A stretch of DNA of 53,541 nt from SAR324 cluster bacterium (GTDB lineage: Bacteria; SAR324; XYD2-FULL-50-16), in assembly GCA_033791585.1 (NCBI GenBank), contig JASJGK010000145.1, positions 1-53,541 of the forward strand, given 5' to 3'. Position 1 is the first letter of the stretch; every line of letters begins with the position of its first letter. Under the pieces are notes generated by a model. The model was not told the origin of the DNA, ran no database searches, and saw only the letters and a list, made by a program, of their open reading frames with translations. A program made the position numbers and the translations under genes. Positions 10,601 to 20,323 of the stretch are shown one piece after another.

Positions 10601-11384
10601 CGATACAAGCGAATTTGCTCAGGAGTCTTTTGATGTTGGGATAGTGGAATTTATAGAAAAACCCTTGGACTTTGATAAACTCTTCCGTCTCTTTGAAAGC
10701 TACCTGGACTTTAAAATTATTGATCATCAGTTGGAAAAAAATTCAAATGATAATCTGAAAATCGAGCTGCCTAATTTAATTCCTGGAGTTAATTTGGAAG
10801 TGGGGCTGAAACGTTGGGGAAGTGCTACTGTGTACTTAGGAGCGTTGAAAAACTTTGTTCGTCGGTTTTCTGAAAAATTGGCAGACCTTGAATCTTTGGT
10901 TGACCAGTTGGACTATCATGGGATTATGCAAATGGCCCACCTCTTTAAAGGCGCAGCAGGAAACATCAATGCTACTGAATTGTATGAAGCGGCAAAGAAA
11001 TTGGAAAAATCCTCAATTGAAGAAAATGAGCATAAGGTCATTGAGGCATGTGATCTTTTGGTTGAGTTGTTTGGGGTCTGTTCCAAATCGGTTAATGAAT
11101 TGTTGCAAAGTCACAGTGGTGAGATTATCCCAACGGAAGTTGTGGAAGTTTCCAGTGCTGAAGTATTAATTTTAATGAATGAAATTATAACGGCCTTGAA
11201 CAAAGGTGAGGGGTTGGAAGCGGAAAAATTACTTCAAGAGTATCGTGGGCAACTGATTGGTTCTTTTGAGAGAGGTTTTTTAGATCTTTTGCTGGAGGAA
11301 ATCGATGAGTTTAATCTTGAAGCAGCGGCTTCACGGTTACTTAATGTTAAGATAGAACTGCAAAAATCTATGGATGACGAGTAA
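7638..11384 (+). CDS. Hybrid sensor histidine kinase (TM sensor-HAMP-PAS-HisKA-HATPase-REC-REC-Hpt)
   Basis: Two TM segments flank a ~280-aa periplasmic region. HAMP (APIQALTQAAGRFSEGDLKV), PAS, H-box SHEIRTPMN, and N/G boxes NILGNAIKFT, DTGIGIP, GGTGLG. Two receiver domains (second: ILVVEDD...LLDYNLPDYNG). C-terminal Hpt HLFKGAAGNI. Confidence 0.9.
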   Translation: MNFFKSLQNDDIKGQLFSSHLVLSAIGVVLLILAFFSTLIMRNIAIKVVESSQPKMESIDHIANQLMEADLTLKNWVNKKDKKQKVKVLLIWEGKIYPSLAKFQELLKDEGHVIQDLFNELKGNIVELERLHVRVAHVSGKPENEPDRVLFNEKVTKITTQTKQNFSAFKAAAPGKLKNDVEHYLASFGNNFALSLTILDSYLDRQTVDRKSHYLKTLALGKSYLGKLKRKSLNFKQRKILTEIEDDLESFVLAADIVTKKRENPQWNLSNFILNVEAPPVLYEIYEILGELEEIQSLELKSDAETTIFIGYASLGMTFVLIVVMIVAAYILSKRNAAKLAAPIQALTQAAGRFSEGDLKVDIPENTKGEVGELTAAFNRMRDSLLGSYGRLQAVFNTVVEGIVILDEDGKILNINPSVEDTFGFTMQFLVGKPFQVLLSEDDDAAWATVLEKRGEKNRTQLTEVVGKHFSGNTFPLYLSISEIIQKDRTLYTAVLRDISQEKEIQEALIGAKEKAQSADQLKSAFLANVSHEIRTPMNSIIGMTGLALGTDLKPNQKRYIQAANAGGIALLKLINDILDLSKMEAGKLTIETIDFDLVPLAEEVTEQFYAEAQKKDLQIALDIDPKIPSILVGDPNRIRQVLMNILGNAIKFTEEGAVNVIVTLENQVDDKNVLLFHIQDTGIGIPPDRVGYIFDSFVQSDSSTSRKYGGTGLGTTISKELVELMGGKIWLESALGEGTTFFISLTLKRGAANEFERHSSIFDAGIENVLLVESHIESSRAISNVLLNWGCNVLSANSKEEAEECSTNQKFDALIVDASLPEFKSLELVARLKEKTEFKDTPVVLLFSYLSPNHLRDMEKYSIKHYLFKPVKRAELKNKLIEFALEKKGNSNIKSNITKIHKTRPKILVVEDDLATQELIEYRLSNQDLTFVIYGTGEEALTFLKENTCDLMLLDYNLPDYNGMDLAKKIQEGNFDGGFPIFSITAADTSEFAQESFDVGIVEFIEKPLDFDKLFRLFESYLDFKIIDHQLEKNSNDNLKIELPNLIPGVNLEVGLKRWGSATVYLGALKNFVRRFSEKLADLESLVDQLDYHGIMQMAHLFKGAAGNINATELYEAAKKLEKSSIEENEHKVIEACDLLVELFGVCSKSVNELLQSHSGEIIPTEVVEVSSAEVLILMNEIITALNKGEGLEAEKLLQEYRGQLIGSFERGFLDLLLEEIDEFNLEAAASRLLNVKIELQKSMDDE

Positions 11385-12111
11385 GGGTAAAGTGGATTGT
11401 GCCTGTTTGCTCTGGGGTTCCACTACGGGCAGACTCAAAACGGTACTGACTTAATAATTTTATCGCTATTTGCTCTAAAGCTTGGTCACCCTTGACCAAT
11501 GCAAAAATGTTGGTCACACGCCCCTCTGCAGTAACTGAAAACTGTAAAGTTATGGTAACGTCTTGCCTAATATCTAAAGGTGGGGTGAATGGCTGGTAAA
11601 TTAATTCTCTTCCTTTGGCATCACCTTCAATGACCGTTGCACTATTGCTTGTGACTGCCTTTTTTTCTGGGTTGGGTTGACCTGGGGTGAGGGCTTCTTT
11701 TTTTGAATCCTGGGGCTGATTTGAGCTTCTTTTTTGGAGTCCTGCTTCTGCAGTGACTTTTGTAGCAGGCAAATCTTTTAACAAGGGCATTTCTGCGGCC
11801 TCCCAGTTGCCTAAACTTTCAACTTCCTCTTCTGACTCGTCGTTTTGTGGAGCAGGGGACTTTGGAAAAACATCCCTTTTTTGGAGAACTTTTGTTTTAA
11901 TGGGGCTTTGGCGAGTCGAGGTCATCCCTTTAAGTTTTACAGGGGCCTGTGCTAATTCAACGGAGATGAACTTTGGTTTGAGCTTGATCTGTTTGTTGGG
12001 GTGCGCAAAAAAGAGAAATAAACTGACATGTATTCCTAAGGAAAATAGGACTAATTTGAGGATCAATTGATTGTGGTTTGGGTCTTCTCTAGTATGGGGG
12101 TTTAAATTCAT
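11368..12111 (-). CDS. TonB-like energy-transducer family protein
   Basis: N-terminal TM anchor, a Pro/Lys/Glu-rich linker, and a C-terminal ~80-aa domain with a TonB_C-like pattern (ITLQFSVTAEGRVTNI...). Convergent 17-bp overlap with the kinase 3' end. Confidence 0.55.
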   Translation of the reverse strand: MNLNPHTREDPNHNQLILKLVLFSLGIHVSLFLFFAHPNKQIKLKPKFISVELAQAPVKLKGMTSTRQSPIKTKVLQKRDVFPKSPAPQNDESEEEVESLGNWEAAEMPLLKDLPATKVTAEAGLQKRSSNQPQDSKKEALTPGQPNPEKKAVTSNSATVIEGDAKGRELIYQPFTPPLDIRQDVTITLQFSVTAEGRVTNIFALVKGDQALEQIAIKLLSQYRFESARSGTPEQTGTIHFTLTRHP

Positions 12112-12211
12112 TTTTGACTTAAAGCCTTGGCGAGGTTAGGAGAACCTACTTAAAGATCTTCAGATTAGAATCTTCAATTTAAAATATTTGAGTTAAAAGT
12201 AAGCAAAAAAA

Positions 12212-12247
12212 AAGGCAGATAGGTATAACCATCTGCCTTCTTTTTAG
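12212..12247 (-). terminator. Intrinsic terminator downstream of rpsA
   Basis: 9-bp stem AAGGCAGAT/ATCTGCCTT (12212-12220 / 12231-12239). On the minus strand it is followed by a T9 run, 20-50 nt after the rpsA stop. Confidence 0.65.
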
Positions 12248-12264
12248 ATCATCATCTAACGAAA

Positions 12265-14019
12265 TTACTCTTCGCTGTTTGAAGCTTCTTCAAGTTTCTG
12301 CACTTCTTCTTTGATGCGCATAGCTTCTTTTTCTTCTTCTTCTTTTGTACCAGTTGCCTGTCCGTCACCCTTTAGGGTTTCCATGTTGTCAGCTAGTGGT
12401 TGAACTTCACCAGAATCATCAACAGTACCTGTTACACTCAAGCCTAGACGGCGCTCGCTCATGTTAAGGTTAATAACCTTAGCCTGTACTTCGCTGTCTA
12501 AAGGGTAAAACTTAATTAAGCTTTGCTTTGATACTTCAGCATCAATTTCACTGATGTGAACTAGGCCTTCAACACCTGGCATCACTTCAACAAAAACACC
12601 AAAATCAGCAACATGAACAACTTTACCGATTACTAAATCGTCTTCGTTGATTTCGCCTTCCAAGGTTTCCCAAGGGTCAGAATCAATTTGCTTAATTCCA
12701 AGAGAAAGTCTCTGGTTATCAACATCTACATTTAAGATCTTCACTTCGATCTCATCACCTTTTGAGTAGTAATCATTGGGATTTTTTTGTCTTTGTGACC
12801 AAGACATATCAGAGATATGTACAAGTCCATCAATTCCTTCATCCAATCCAACAAAGATACCAAAATCAGTAATGTTTCTGATCTTGCCCATTACAACTGT
12901 GCCAGAAGGCTTAGTATCAGCAATTTCTTTCCAAGGGTTGTTCATGGCTTCTTTCATAGAAAGAGAAATTCTTCTTTGCTCTGTATCAATTTCTTTGATA
13001 ATAGCTTGAACTTCATCACCTAAAGCAACAACGCTAGATGGCTGACGTACTTTTTTAGTCCAGCTCATTTCACTTACGTGAATTAAACCTTCAACACCTT
13101 CTTCAATTTCAATAAAGGCACCGTAGTTAGTTAGACTAACAACTTTACCAGTAACCTCAGTTCCCATTGGGTACTTGTTGATTACGTTGTTCCAAGGGTT
13201 GGCTTGCTTCTGCTTAAGGCCAAGAGAAACCTTTTCGTCTTCAGCATCAAACTTAAGAACCATAACTTCAATTTCATCACCGATAGCATACATTTCAGAT
13301 GGGTGAACAATTCTGCCCCAAGTCATGTCAGTAATGTGTAGCAGACCATCAACGCCACCTAAGTCAACAAAGATACCGTAGTCAGTGATGTTTTTAACGT
13401 GACCGTTAATGAGTGAACCTTCCTCAAGCTGAGTTAGAGTCTTCTTACGTTGTTCTGCACGATCTACTTCTAGGATCGCTCTTCGACTAAGAACAATGTT
13501 GCCTCTCTTTGGGTTGTACTTTAAAATCTTAAAGTCAAAACGTTCATTGATAAGCTTGTCTAGGTTCCTTACAGGTCGCAAGTCAACTTGTGAGCCAGGT
13601 AAGAAAGCTTTAATGCCGATATCAACACTTAAGCCACCTTTAATTCTTGCGGTAATAACACCAGAAACTGTTCCATCTTGTTCGAAGATAGCACCAACAT
13701 CTTCCCAAACGCGAAGTTTAATCGCTTTTTCTTTAGATACAATTACTTGGCCATATTCGTCTTCGAAATGCTCAATATAGATGTCTGTATCATCACCAAT
13801 AGCAACAGTAAGTTCGCCAGTTAGGTTGTGAAATTCTTGGGTAGGTACTTGACCTTCTGACTTGTAACCAAAATCAATGGTAACAAAGTCTTTTGTAATT
13901 TTTGTAACTTTACCTTGAACGATTTCTTGCTCGTTAAGGTTTTCAAGAGTGGCAGCAATCTGACCGTCAAAGTCAAACTCTTCGTCAGAAAACTGGATAG
14001 TATAATTAGGTGTAGACAT
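12265..14019 (-). CDS. rpsA: 30S ribosomal protein S1
   Basis: 584 aa with six S1 (OB-fold) repeats with the recurring G.V......G.FV.....EGL.H.SE pattern. Acidic C-terminal tail. Confidence 0.95.
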   Translation of the reverse strand: MSTPNYTIQFSDEEFDFDGQIAATLENLNEQEIVQGKVTKITKDFVTIDFGYKSEGQVPTQEFHNLTGELTVAIGDDTDIYIEHFEDEYGQVIVSKEKAIKLRVWEDVGAIFEQDGTVSGVITARIKGGLSVDIGIKAFLPGSQVDLRPVRNLDKLINERFDFKILKYNPKRGNIVLSRRAILEVDRAEQRKKTLTQLEEGSLINGHVKNITDYGIFVDLGGVDGLLHITDMTWGRIVHPSEMYAIGDEIEVMVLKFDAEDEKVSLGLKQKQANPWNNVINKYPMGTEVTGKVVSLTNYGAFIEIEEGVEGLIHVSEMSWTKKVRQPSSVVALGDEVQAIIKEIDTEQRRISLSMKEAMNNPWKEIADTKPSGTVVMGKIRNITDFGIFVGLDEGIDGLVHISDMSWSQRQKNPNDYYSKGDEIEVKILNVDVDNQRLSLGIKQIDSDPWETLEGEINEDDLVIGKVVHVADFGVFVEVMPGVEGLVHISEIDAEVSKQSLIKFYPLDSEVQAKVINLNMSERRLGLSVTGTVDDSGEVQPLADNMETLKGDGQATGTKEEEEKEAMRIKEEVQKLEEASNSEE

Positions 14020-14150
14020 GAATAAAAGGTTATATAAGTGGTTAAGAAAGTACTGGGTTTAAGCCAATAAAAAAGGTATTTTTGCAAATGAAAAACTAAA
14101 GGTCAAGCCCTAATATAGAAAAGAATAAGAGAAATCGATAAGGCTGGTTT

Positions 14151-14179
14151 AAAGCCCTGAATTTTCGTTTCAGGGCTTT
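14151..14179 (-). other. Perfect 10-bp hairpin (AAAGCCCTGA / TCAGGGCTTT) in the long rpsA upstream region
   Basis: Seen directly. Only three U follow it on the minus strand, so it is either a weak terminator for the upstream gene or an rpsA leader structure. Confidence 0.35.
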
Positions 14180-14216
14180 GTATAAATCAAGGTAATTTAC
14201 GTTAAATAGAGGTCAT

Positions 14217-14330
14217 TTAGCGCAGTTTTTCTTTATTTTTGCGTAAAATTGCGCAACTTTTCGCAGTTTTTTGAAGCTTAGTGATAACTGTATGCAACTT
14301 TTCGCAGTTTTCTGTAAAATTTTGCACTTT
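14217..14330. repeat. Three phased copies of CGCAGTTTT at exactly 41-bp spacing (two share the 18-mer GCAACTTTTCGCAGTTTT)
   Basis: CGCAGTTTT starts at 14221, 14262 and 14303. The 18-mer is at 14253-14270 and 14294-14311. An interleaved GTAAAATT(TT)GC motif is at about 14243 and 14313. Confidence 0.85.
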
Positions 14331-14508
14331 GACTAAGCTATCTGAAAAAAATCTCAGTCCGTCGAAAACCCCCATTCGTATTTTTCCGCTATTGTAAAAA
14401 AATTGGGTAGTTTTCAAAACAAGATGTAAATTTTCAAAATTTACTCAGCTTCAAAAAAATAGTAAACAATTAGTACCCGTTTAAAAACTAGCTAATTGCT
14501 AATAAGGA

Positions 14509-14964
14509 TTAAGCAACCTTTTTGCATTCTTTGATGCATTCTTTACAAGAATCATAACAGGCTTTGCAGTTTTCATGCTTTTTGATGTGCTTTTTGCACT
14601 CTTTGGCGCAATCTTCACAGACTTTTATACAAACTTCAGCCAATGCACTCAGGTGTTTTTGGTTGCCGGCAGAATATTTCATCAATAACTGGCAAGCATC
14701 AACTGCATCTTGGGCTGTCTCAAGGCATTTTACTAAACTTAAATCTTTTTCTTTTAGAAGTAAGATGCAGTGGTCTACACATTCTGTCCCTTTGATCACG
14801 CAGTCTGCAGCAGCGGCTGAAAGTTTAGCGTTTTTTGCCATTCCGCCATGGCCCATGTGGTCCATTGACTTTGCCATCAAGGGTGTTGCGCTCGCAAGTG
14901 CGGCTGTTCCCATTGCGCCTGCGACAAATCCACGGCGAGTAATTTTGTTCATTTGGTCTTCCAT
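14509..14964 (-). CDS. Tat-exported Cys-rich four-helix-bundle metal-binding protein (DUF326 / Csp1-like)
   Basis: Twin-arginine signal ITRRGFVAGAMGTAALASATPLMA. The mature ~115 aa carry 14 Cys, many spaced i/i+3-4 and i/i+7 (CVDHC, CIKVCEDCAKEC, CKACYDSCKECIKEC). Confidence 0.65.
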   Translation of the reverse strand: MEDQMNKITRRGFVAGAMGTAALASATPLMAKSMDHMGHGGMAKNAKLSAAAADCVIKGTECVDHCILLLKEKDLSLVKCLETAQDAVDACQLLMKYSAGNQKHLSALAEVCIKVCEDCAKECKKHIKKHENCKACYDSCKECIKECKKVA

Positions 14965-15050
14965 ATGTGTCTCTTTAGATAAATTAAAATAGATCTATAT
15001 CTTAATAATTCAGTATGTTCAATCTGAAAATTTAAAGGAATAACGAATAC

Positions 15051-17009
15051 TTATATTACCTCTGCCAGAGCAAAGGTTTCAAAAGATTGTTTTTGGTCAG
15101 GGGAGCCAATGATGGCTATCATGGTGCTCTGAGAAATAATTTGCCCTGGGTCTGGGTTAGAGATAAATTCATCTTCGGTAAAGATGCCCACAACAGAAAC
15201 CCCCGTTTCGGAGCGAATAAAAAGTTCACCTAGATGCTTTCCCACCAATGGGCTGCCTAAATTTAGGCTGTACCAGGTAAGAGATAAAAAGCTGTTGGCA
15301 TTTTTTAGCCTAAGCATTTTTGAATAATGGGGGGAGCTATTGATAGCAGGCTCATAGTGATTGTGACGCAAATTATCAACGGCACTTTGGATTGTCGAAG
15401 TAGGGAATTCTAGATGCAACAACGCCTGCCTAGAAATTTCCAAACCCGCCTCTAAAGCAGGCTGAACCACCATATTAACGCCTTCGGAATAGAGGCTTTG
15501 CATTTCGTCAAAATTTTCAGCCTGCACGATAACCTGAGCCTTGGACCCCGCTTTTTTTGCATGGAGAACAACAGATTTTGTCAGCAAAATATTAGGCATG
15601 GTTACCAATATCATCTTGGCTTTTTGAACCTGAGCTGCCTCTAAAACCACAGCTTGCCCAGCGGCACCATAGATTACAGGGCAGCCTGCATCTTGGCATT
15701 TTTTAATACGCTGTTGGTTCAGCTCGATGATTACAAAAGGCACAGACAATTGCTGTAAAAGTTGGGCCACATGAAAACCCACTGTCCCGCCGCCTGCTAT
15801 GATAACGTGATCTGTTAGCCCCGATTTAGGGATGTTGATTTCCAGTAAGGTGTTTTCTTTTTGGAAACGTTTTTTAAAGGTATATAGATGTTTTGTCAGG
15901 CCCGACATCGGTGGCGTGAGGAGCATAGAAACAATAGCAATAGAAAGCACAAGAGAATACATCTCATAAGAAATGGCTTTGGATTCTAACCCCACCCGAG
16001 CCAACACAAAAGCAAACTCTCCTACCTGAAAAAGCCCTAATCCCACAGCGATTGGGATGACCTTTCCATAGCCAAAGAACTGAGTTACAAAGTAAAAAAT
16101 TAAACCCTTGCCCACGGATACAATGGTTACAACCAGTAAAATCTGAGCCCAGTTTGCCAGTAAAAATTCTGGTTTTAGTAGCATGCCCACGGAAGTAAAA
16201 AAAAGTAGCCCAAACAAATCTCGCAGGGGGATGATGTCACTAAGGGCTTGGTGGGCATATTCAGATTCACTGATCACCATGCCCGCAACGAAGGCCCCAA
16301 ATGCGAATGAAAGACCAAATAGATGGGTAGCGTAGCCCACACCTAGCCCCAGGGTCATGATGGTTAAAAGAAAAAGCTCCCTTGAATTCCACGAGGCAAC
16401 ATAAAATAAAAGTTTTGGGAAAAACCGAGTGCCCAAAAAAACCATGACCAATAAAAATATTGCAGATTTGACGGCCGCCCAGCCTAAAGCGGGCAGGCCA
16501 GATTGTGGGTCGCTCAACTGGGGCAAGATGATCATCAAAGGCACTACTGCCAGATCTTGCACAATAAGCATCCCAACCATTACCCGACTGGATAGGGTTC
16601 CCATCCAACCTTGGTTGATCAAGGTTTTTAAGATAACCATGGTGCTGGAAAGAGAAATTAAACCACCTAGCCAAACGGCGGTAATGTTATCATAGCCTAA
16701 AAATTTACCCACCCCAAAGCCAAAGGCGATGGTTAAAAGAATTTGGATTGGCGCACCAATGAGTGCAACGGATTTAACAGGTTTAAGTTCACCAAAAGAA
16801 AACTCAAGGCCTAGGGCAAATAACAATAGGGCTACACCAATTTCAGCTAATAATTCAATTTCATGGGTATCATGAACAGCGTTGAAGGCGCTTAAAAATA
16901 CTCCAGCGACAATGTAGCCAAGTATTAAAGGCTGTTTCAGTTTTTGGGCTACCAAAGCGCCTGCCATTGCGGCAATAACGATGATAATGATGTCGGCTGC
17001 AATTCCCAT
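15051..17009 (-). CDS. Monovalent cation:proton antiporter-2 (Kef-type) with RCK (TrkA-N / TrkA-C) domains
   Basis: About 390-aa multi-TM Na+/H+-exchanger domain. Rossmann motif [12 protein letters not shown]-terminal TrkA-C-like domain. 652 aa. Confidence 0.9.
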   Translation of the reverse strand: MGIAADIIIIVIAAMAGALVAQKLKQPLILGYIVAGVFLSAFNAVHDTHEIELLAEIGVALLLFALGLEFSFGELKPVKSVALIGAPIQILLTIAFGFGVGKFLGYDNITAVWLGGLISLSSTMVILKTLINQGWMGTLSSRVMVGMLIVQDLAVVPLMIILPQLSDPQSGLPALGWAAVKSAIFLLVMVFLGTRFFPKLLFYVASWNSRELFLLTIMTLGLGVGYATHLFGLSFAFGAFVAGMVISESEYAHQALSDIIPLRDLFGLLFFTSVGMLLKPEFLLANWAQILLVVTIVSVGKGLIFYFVTQFFGYGKVIPIAVGLGLFQVGEFAFVLARVGLESKAISYEMYSLVLSIAIVSMLLTPPMSGLTKHLYTFKKRFQKENTLLEINIPKSGLTDHVIIAGGGTVGFHVAQLLQQLSVPFVIIELNQQRIKKCQDAGCPVIYGAAGQAVVLEAAQVQKAKMILVTMPNILLTKSVVLHAKKAGSKAQVIVQAENFDEMQSLYSEGVNMVVQPALEAGLEISRQALLHLEFPTSTIQSAVDNLRHNHYEPAINSSPHYSKMLRLKNANSFLSLTWYSLNLGSPLVGKHLGELFIRSETGVSVVGIFTEDEFISNPDPGQIISQSTMIAIIGSPDQKQSFETFALAEVI

Positions 17010-17214
17010 TTTATTTTAATTTGATGAAGGTTAGGTGGCTTTTTTATAGGTTAAGAGATTCTTAAAATCAGGGCAACGCAAATTGTGTGAATAGGGCTTT
17101 TTTTTATAATCAGTTTATTTGCTGACAAATTTTTGACGGAACCCTATTTCCGTCCTAGTATTCAGATTCCTTATATTTCAGTTTTTGCTTTTTTACAAAC
17201 TTGACACTCCCCCT

Positions 17215-17991
17215 ATGACCTCAGCCCCATTTTTGGAAACTGTCGACCCCCAAATTTGGGTTGCAGCGGTGCTTTTCTTTTTGGTCGCCTTTGCCTATTC
17301 CTCTGTGGGGTTGGGCGGCGGTTCTTCTTATACTTCACTGATGGCGATTTTAGGGTTTAATTACCTTGCTATACCCTTAATTTCTTTATCCCTAAATATA
17401 TTGGTCACGACCTTAGGAAGTTTCAATTACTTAAAAAATAGGCACGGTCGCCTGTCTTTAATTTTGCCTTTTCTGGTTACATCTATCCCCTTTTCTTATT
17501 TGGGGGGGACTTTAGAAGTTGAAAAATCTTTATTCTATCCCATTCTCTTTATTACCCTTTTCTTTGTTTTTATTCGTTTAGTGCTGTTTAAAAAAGCTGT
17601 GATATTATTTGGCATGTCTAGGCTAGGCAAGATTTTTCTGTCGCTGGGCATAGGCGCAATATTAGGTTTGGTTTCAGGCATCGTGGGTATAGGCGGTGGG
17701 ATCTACTTGGTCCCTTTAGTGGTTGTTTTTGGGCTGGGAGACGAAAAAGAGGCTGCTGCCAGTGGGGCCATCTTTATCTGGCTGAATTCAGTAGCTGGCC
17801 TTACGGCTCGGCTCCAGTATAATTCCGTAGCGTTGTATGATTATTTCCCAATGGTTTTGGCTGTAGCCTTAGGGGGGTTTTTAGGGTCTTACCTCGGAGC
17901 TGTTAAATTTTCTAGGGCGGCAATGCAAAATCTTTTAGCTTTTGTTGTCTTTGTAGCTTTGTATTTTTTAGCCCAAAAAATATTTGTTTAG
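17215..17991 (+). CDS. TauE/SafE (TSUP) family sulfite/anion exporter
   Basis: About 8 TM with an internal two-fold repeat carrying VGLGGGS and VGIGGGI motifs. I prefer the ATG at 17215 to the TTG at 17185. Confidence 0.75.
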   Translation: MTSAPFLETVDPQIWVAAVLFFLVAFAYSSVGLGGGSSYTSLMAILGFNYLAIPLISLSLNILVTTLGSFNYLKNRHGRLSLILPFLVTSIPFSYLGGTLEVEKSLFYPILFITLFFVFIRLVLFKKAVILFGMSRLGKIFLSLGIGAILGLVSGIVGIGGGIYLVPLVVVFGLGDEKEAAASGAIFIWLNSVAGLTARLQYNSVALYDYFPMVLAVALGGFLGSYLGAVKFSRAAMQNLLAFVVFVALYFLAQKIFV

Positions 17992-18127
17992 TTTGAAAAA
18001 TGTTTATTTTCAAGGGGCTATGAAAATTTCAAAATGCAAATAGGGTAAAAAAATTCACGCAACAAAGAAATTGCGGTTTTACCATAGGCCTTATAAGCTA
18101 AAAACCTATTCCTTATATATTGGGCAA

Positions 18128-20173
18128 ATGTTAAAAAGCAAAGTTCTCTTTTTTATTGTTATATTCTTCTTTGCTGGCCCCCTTTCCCAGTGCTTTGGAC
18201 AAGATTTAAGCATTAGGGGCTATGGCTCAAAGCAACCTGTTGGTTTATTTATCTACTATTTTGTAGACCCCAAAAAGGGTTTGAGCTTCCAAGAAATCCA
18301 AAGCCTTCAGGCCCAAGGTAAATTTACACTTTCCCAAAAAGAAATCCCTAATTTTGGCTTCTCAGATGCCAGAATCTGGCTGTATTTTGAAGTCGATTTA
18401 ACCAAAGCCTATGGTGATTCGTGGTTAATGGAGTTTGCCTATCCACTCATTGACCACCTCCATTACTACCATCAAACGGGCGACCATAAATTTTCCAGCT
18501 TTAAAACAGGTGACTCTCTACTTTTTACTGAGCGAGCTTTTTTAAACAAACACTTTGTTTTCCCCTTCCCAAATGGGGAGCTAAAAAAACATAGATTCTT
18601 TGTCAGCCTAGAAGGAAGAGATACACTAGAAGCGCCTATTTATTTTTGGGAGTTAGAAGACTTTTACCGTGTTGACCACAATTTACAGATGATCATGGGT
18701 GCCTATTTTGGCCTGATGTCCGTTATGATGGTCTATAACTTAATTCTTTTTTACCTAATCAGGGAAAATGTTTACCTTTACTATGTCGCTTACATATTAA
18801 GTTTTACCGCATTTACCCTGACCCTTACTGGGTACGGTTTTGAGTATCTGTGGCCTAATTTCCCCGTTTGGGCAAAAAATAGTAGGCCTATTTTTATTGG
18901 GTTTAATGTCATTTTTATTGGCCTCTTCACTTCAGATTTTTTAGAAACAGAGAAAAAGCTACCTAAGCTTTATAAAACCATGCAAATTTTAATGGTTTCG
19001 GCCCTTTTAAGTTCTGTTTTAGGGCTATTTGGCTTTTTTAAAATTTCAATTACCTGGGCTGTTTTGACAGCCGCACCTGCGGCGGGAATCGTTTTTTCCA
19101 CTGCACTCTATCGGTTTTTTCAAGGGTATTACCCTGCTCGGCTTTTTATAGCTGGCTGGAGCTTTTTTCTGATTGGAATATTCGTATATTGTTTAAAGGC
19201 CGTAGGGATTTTACAACCGACCTTTTTTGTTCGGTACGGTATGCAACTGGGTACGGTGATCGAAGTGGTTTTGTTGGCAACTGCTTTGGCCGAGCGCATC
19301 AATATTATGAAGAAGGAGCGAGAGGTCGCTTACGTCCAGCTAGGGAAATACAATGAAACTCTGGCCGCCCAAGTGGCTGTACGGACAAAAAACCTCAATG
19401 AAGCCTTGATTAATATTAAAGACAGTTTTGAGTATGCCAAAGGCATCCAAAGTGCCTTACTCCCTAGTAAAGCCATGATGGAGGAAACTTTTTCCGACTA
19501 TTTTGTGTTATGGAAACCAAAAGAACAGGTAGGCGGGGATATTTATTTGATGGAAAAATTTGAGAATGGCTGTTTGGTTGCCCTTTTTGACTGTACTGGC
19601 CACGGGGTTTCAGGTGCGATGATGACCATGATTGCAAAATCAGGTTTTTCTCACGCTATCCACCGTGGGTATCAAAATAACCCCGCTCTAATTTTAAAAG
19701 AATTAAATAATTACATTAAAACGGCTTTGAAACAAGATCACAAAGCAACTTATATAGAGTCCGATGACGGTTTAGAAGGCGGAGTTTGCTGGTTTGATTT
19801 TAAAGCCAAAAAACTCACTTTTGCTGGTGCACGCTTCCCCTTGGTTTCTATTGCAAATGGACAAATGACATTTTTGCAGGGCGACCGTCAGGCTGTCGGA
19901 TATAGAAGGTGTGATCGGGATTTTGATTTTACTAGCCACAGCCTAGATTTGAACTCTGGCGACAGATTTTACCTTTTCTCTGATGGTATTACCGAACAAG
20001 CTGGTGGAGACAAGGGCTTGCCCTTTGGTAAAAAGAGGCTCAATGCTATTTTGGAAGCGAACAAGGGGGAAACTCTGTCTTACCTGCACCAAGTTCTATT
20101 AAACGAGTTCTTTGAATATCTAGGTGAGGAAAGCCAGAGGGATGACCTGTCAGTTGTTGGTATGCAGGTTTAA
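18128..20173 (+). CDS. 7TMR-DISM receptor fused to a PP2C/SpoIIE serine phosphatase
   Basis: Signal peptide, ~170-aa extracellular 7TMR-DISMED2-like domain, 7 TM helices. C-terminal SpoIIE motifs GGDIY, DCTGHGVSGAMM, LFSDGITE. I prefer the ATG at 18128. Confidence 0.8.
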   Translation: MLKSKVLFFIVIFFFAGPLSQCFGQDLSIRGYGSKQPVGLFIYYFVDPKKGLSFQEIQSLQAQGKFTLSQKEIPNFGFSDARIWLYFEVDLTKAYGDSWLMEFAYPLIDHLHYYHQTGDHKFSSFKTGDSLLFTERAFLNKHFVFPFPNGELKKHRFFVSLEGRDTLEAPIYFWELEDFYRVDHNLQMIMGAYFGLMSVMMVYNLILFYLIRENVYLYYVAYILSFTAFTLTLTGYGFEYLWPNFPVWAKNSRPIFIGFNVIFIGLFTSDFLETEKKLPKLYKTMQILMVSALLSSVLGLFGFFKISITWAVLTAAPAAGIVFSTALYRFFQGYYPARLFIAGWSFFLIGIFVYCLKAVGILQPTFFVRYGMQLGTVIEVVLLATALAERINIMKKEREVAYVQLGKYNETLAAQVAVRTKNLNEALINIKDSFEYAKGIQSALLPSKAMMEETFSDYFVLWKPKEQVGGDIYLMEKFENGCLVALFDCTGHGVSGAMMTMIAKSGFSHAIHRGYQNNPALILKELNNYIKTALKQDHKATYIESDDGLEGGVCWFDFKAKKLTFAGARFPLVSIANGQMTFLQGDRQAVGYRRCDRDFDFTSHSLDLNSGDRFYLFSDGITEQAGGDKGLPFGKKRLNAILEANKGETLSYLHQVLLNEFFEYLGEESQRDDLSVVGMQV

Positions 20174-20323
20174 GTTCAAATTCAAAGTAAATCCATTGGT
20201 GATCTACTTTGCCTGCCTACAACAAACACTACTACTAGAGTTATTTGGGTCTCAGGTCATATTGAACATATGCCCCAAACCCAAATCAAACAATGCTATT
20301 TCAAAGATTTTAATTTAAATATT

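Noticed and set aside
14217-14417. 66-aa minus-strand ORF between the Csp-like gene and rpsA
   Set aside because: It is built largely from the 41-bp phased repeat, has no SD and no family resemblance. I treat it as non-coding.
16267-16695. ORFs of 135 aa (-, alternative frame) and 88 aa (+) inside the Kef-type antiporter gene
   Set aside because: They lie fully within a well-supported 652-aa transporter CDS and have low-complexity, Arg/Gly/Trp-rich off-frame composition.
20124-20318. 64-aa + strand ORF overlapping the end of the SpoIIE-phosphatase gene and the spacer
   Set aside because: It overlaps a supported CDS out of frame and runs through the relic repeat. It is very likely spurious.
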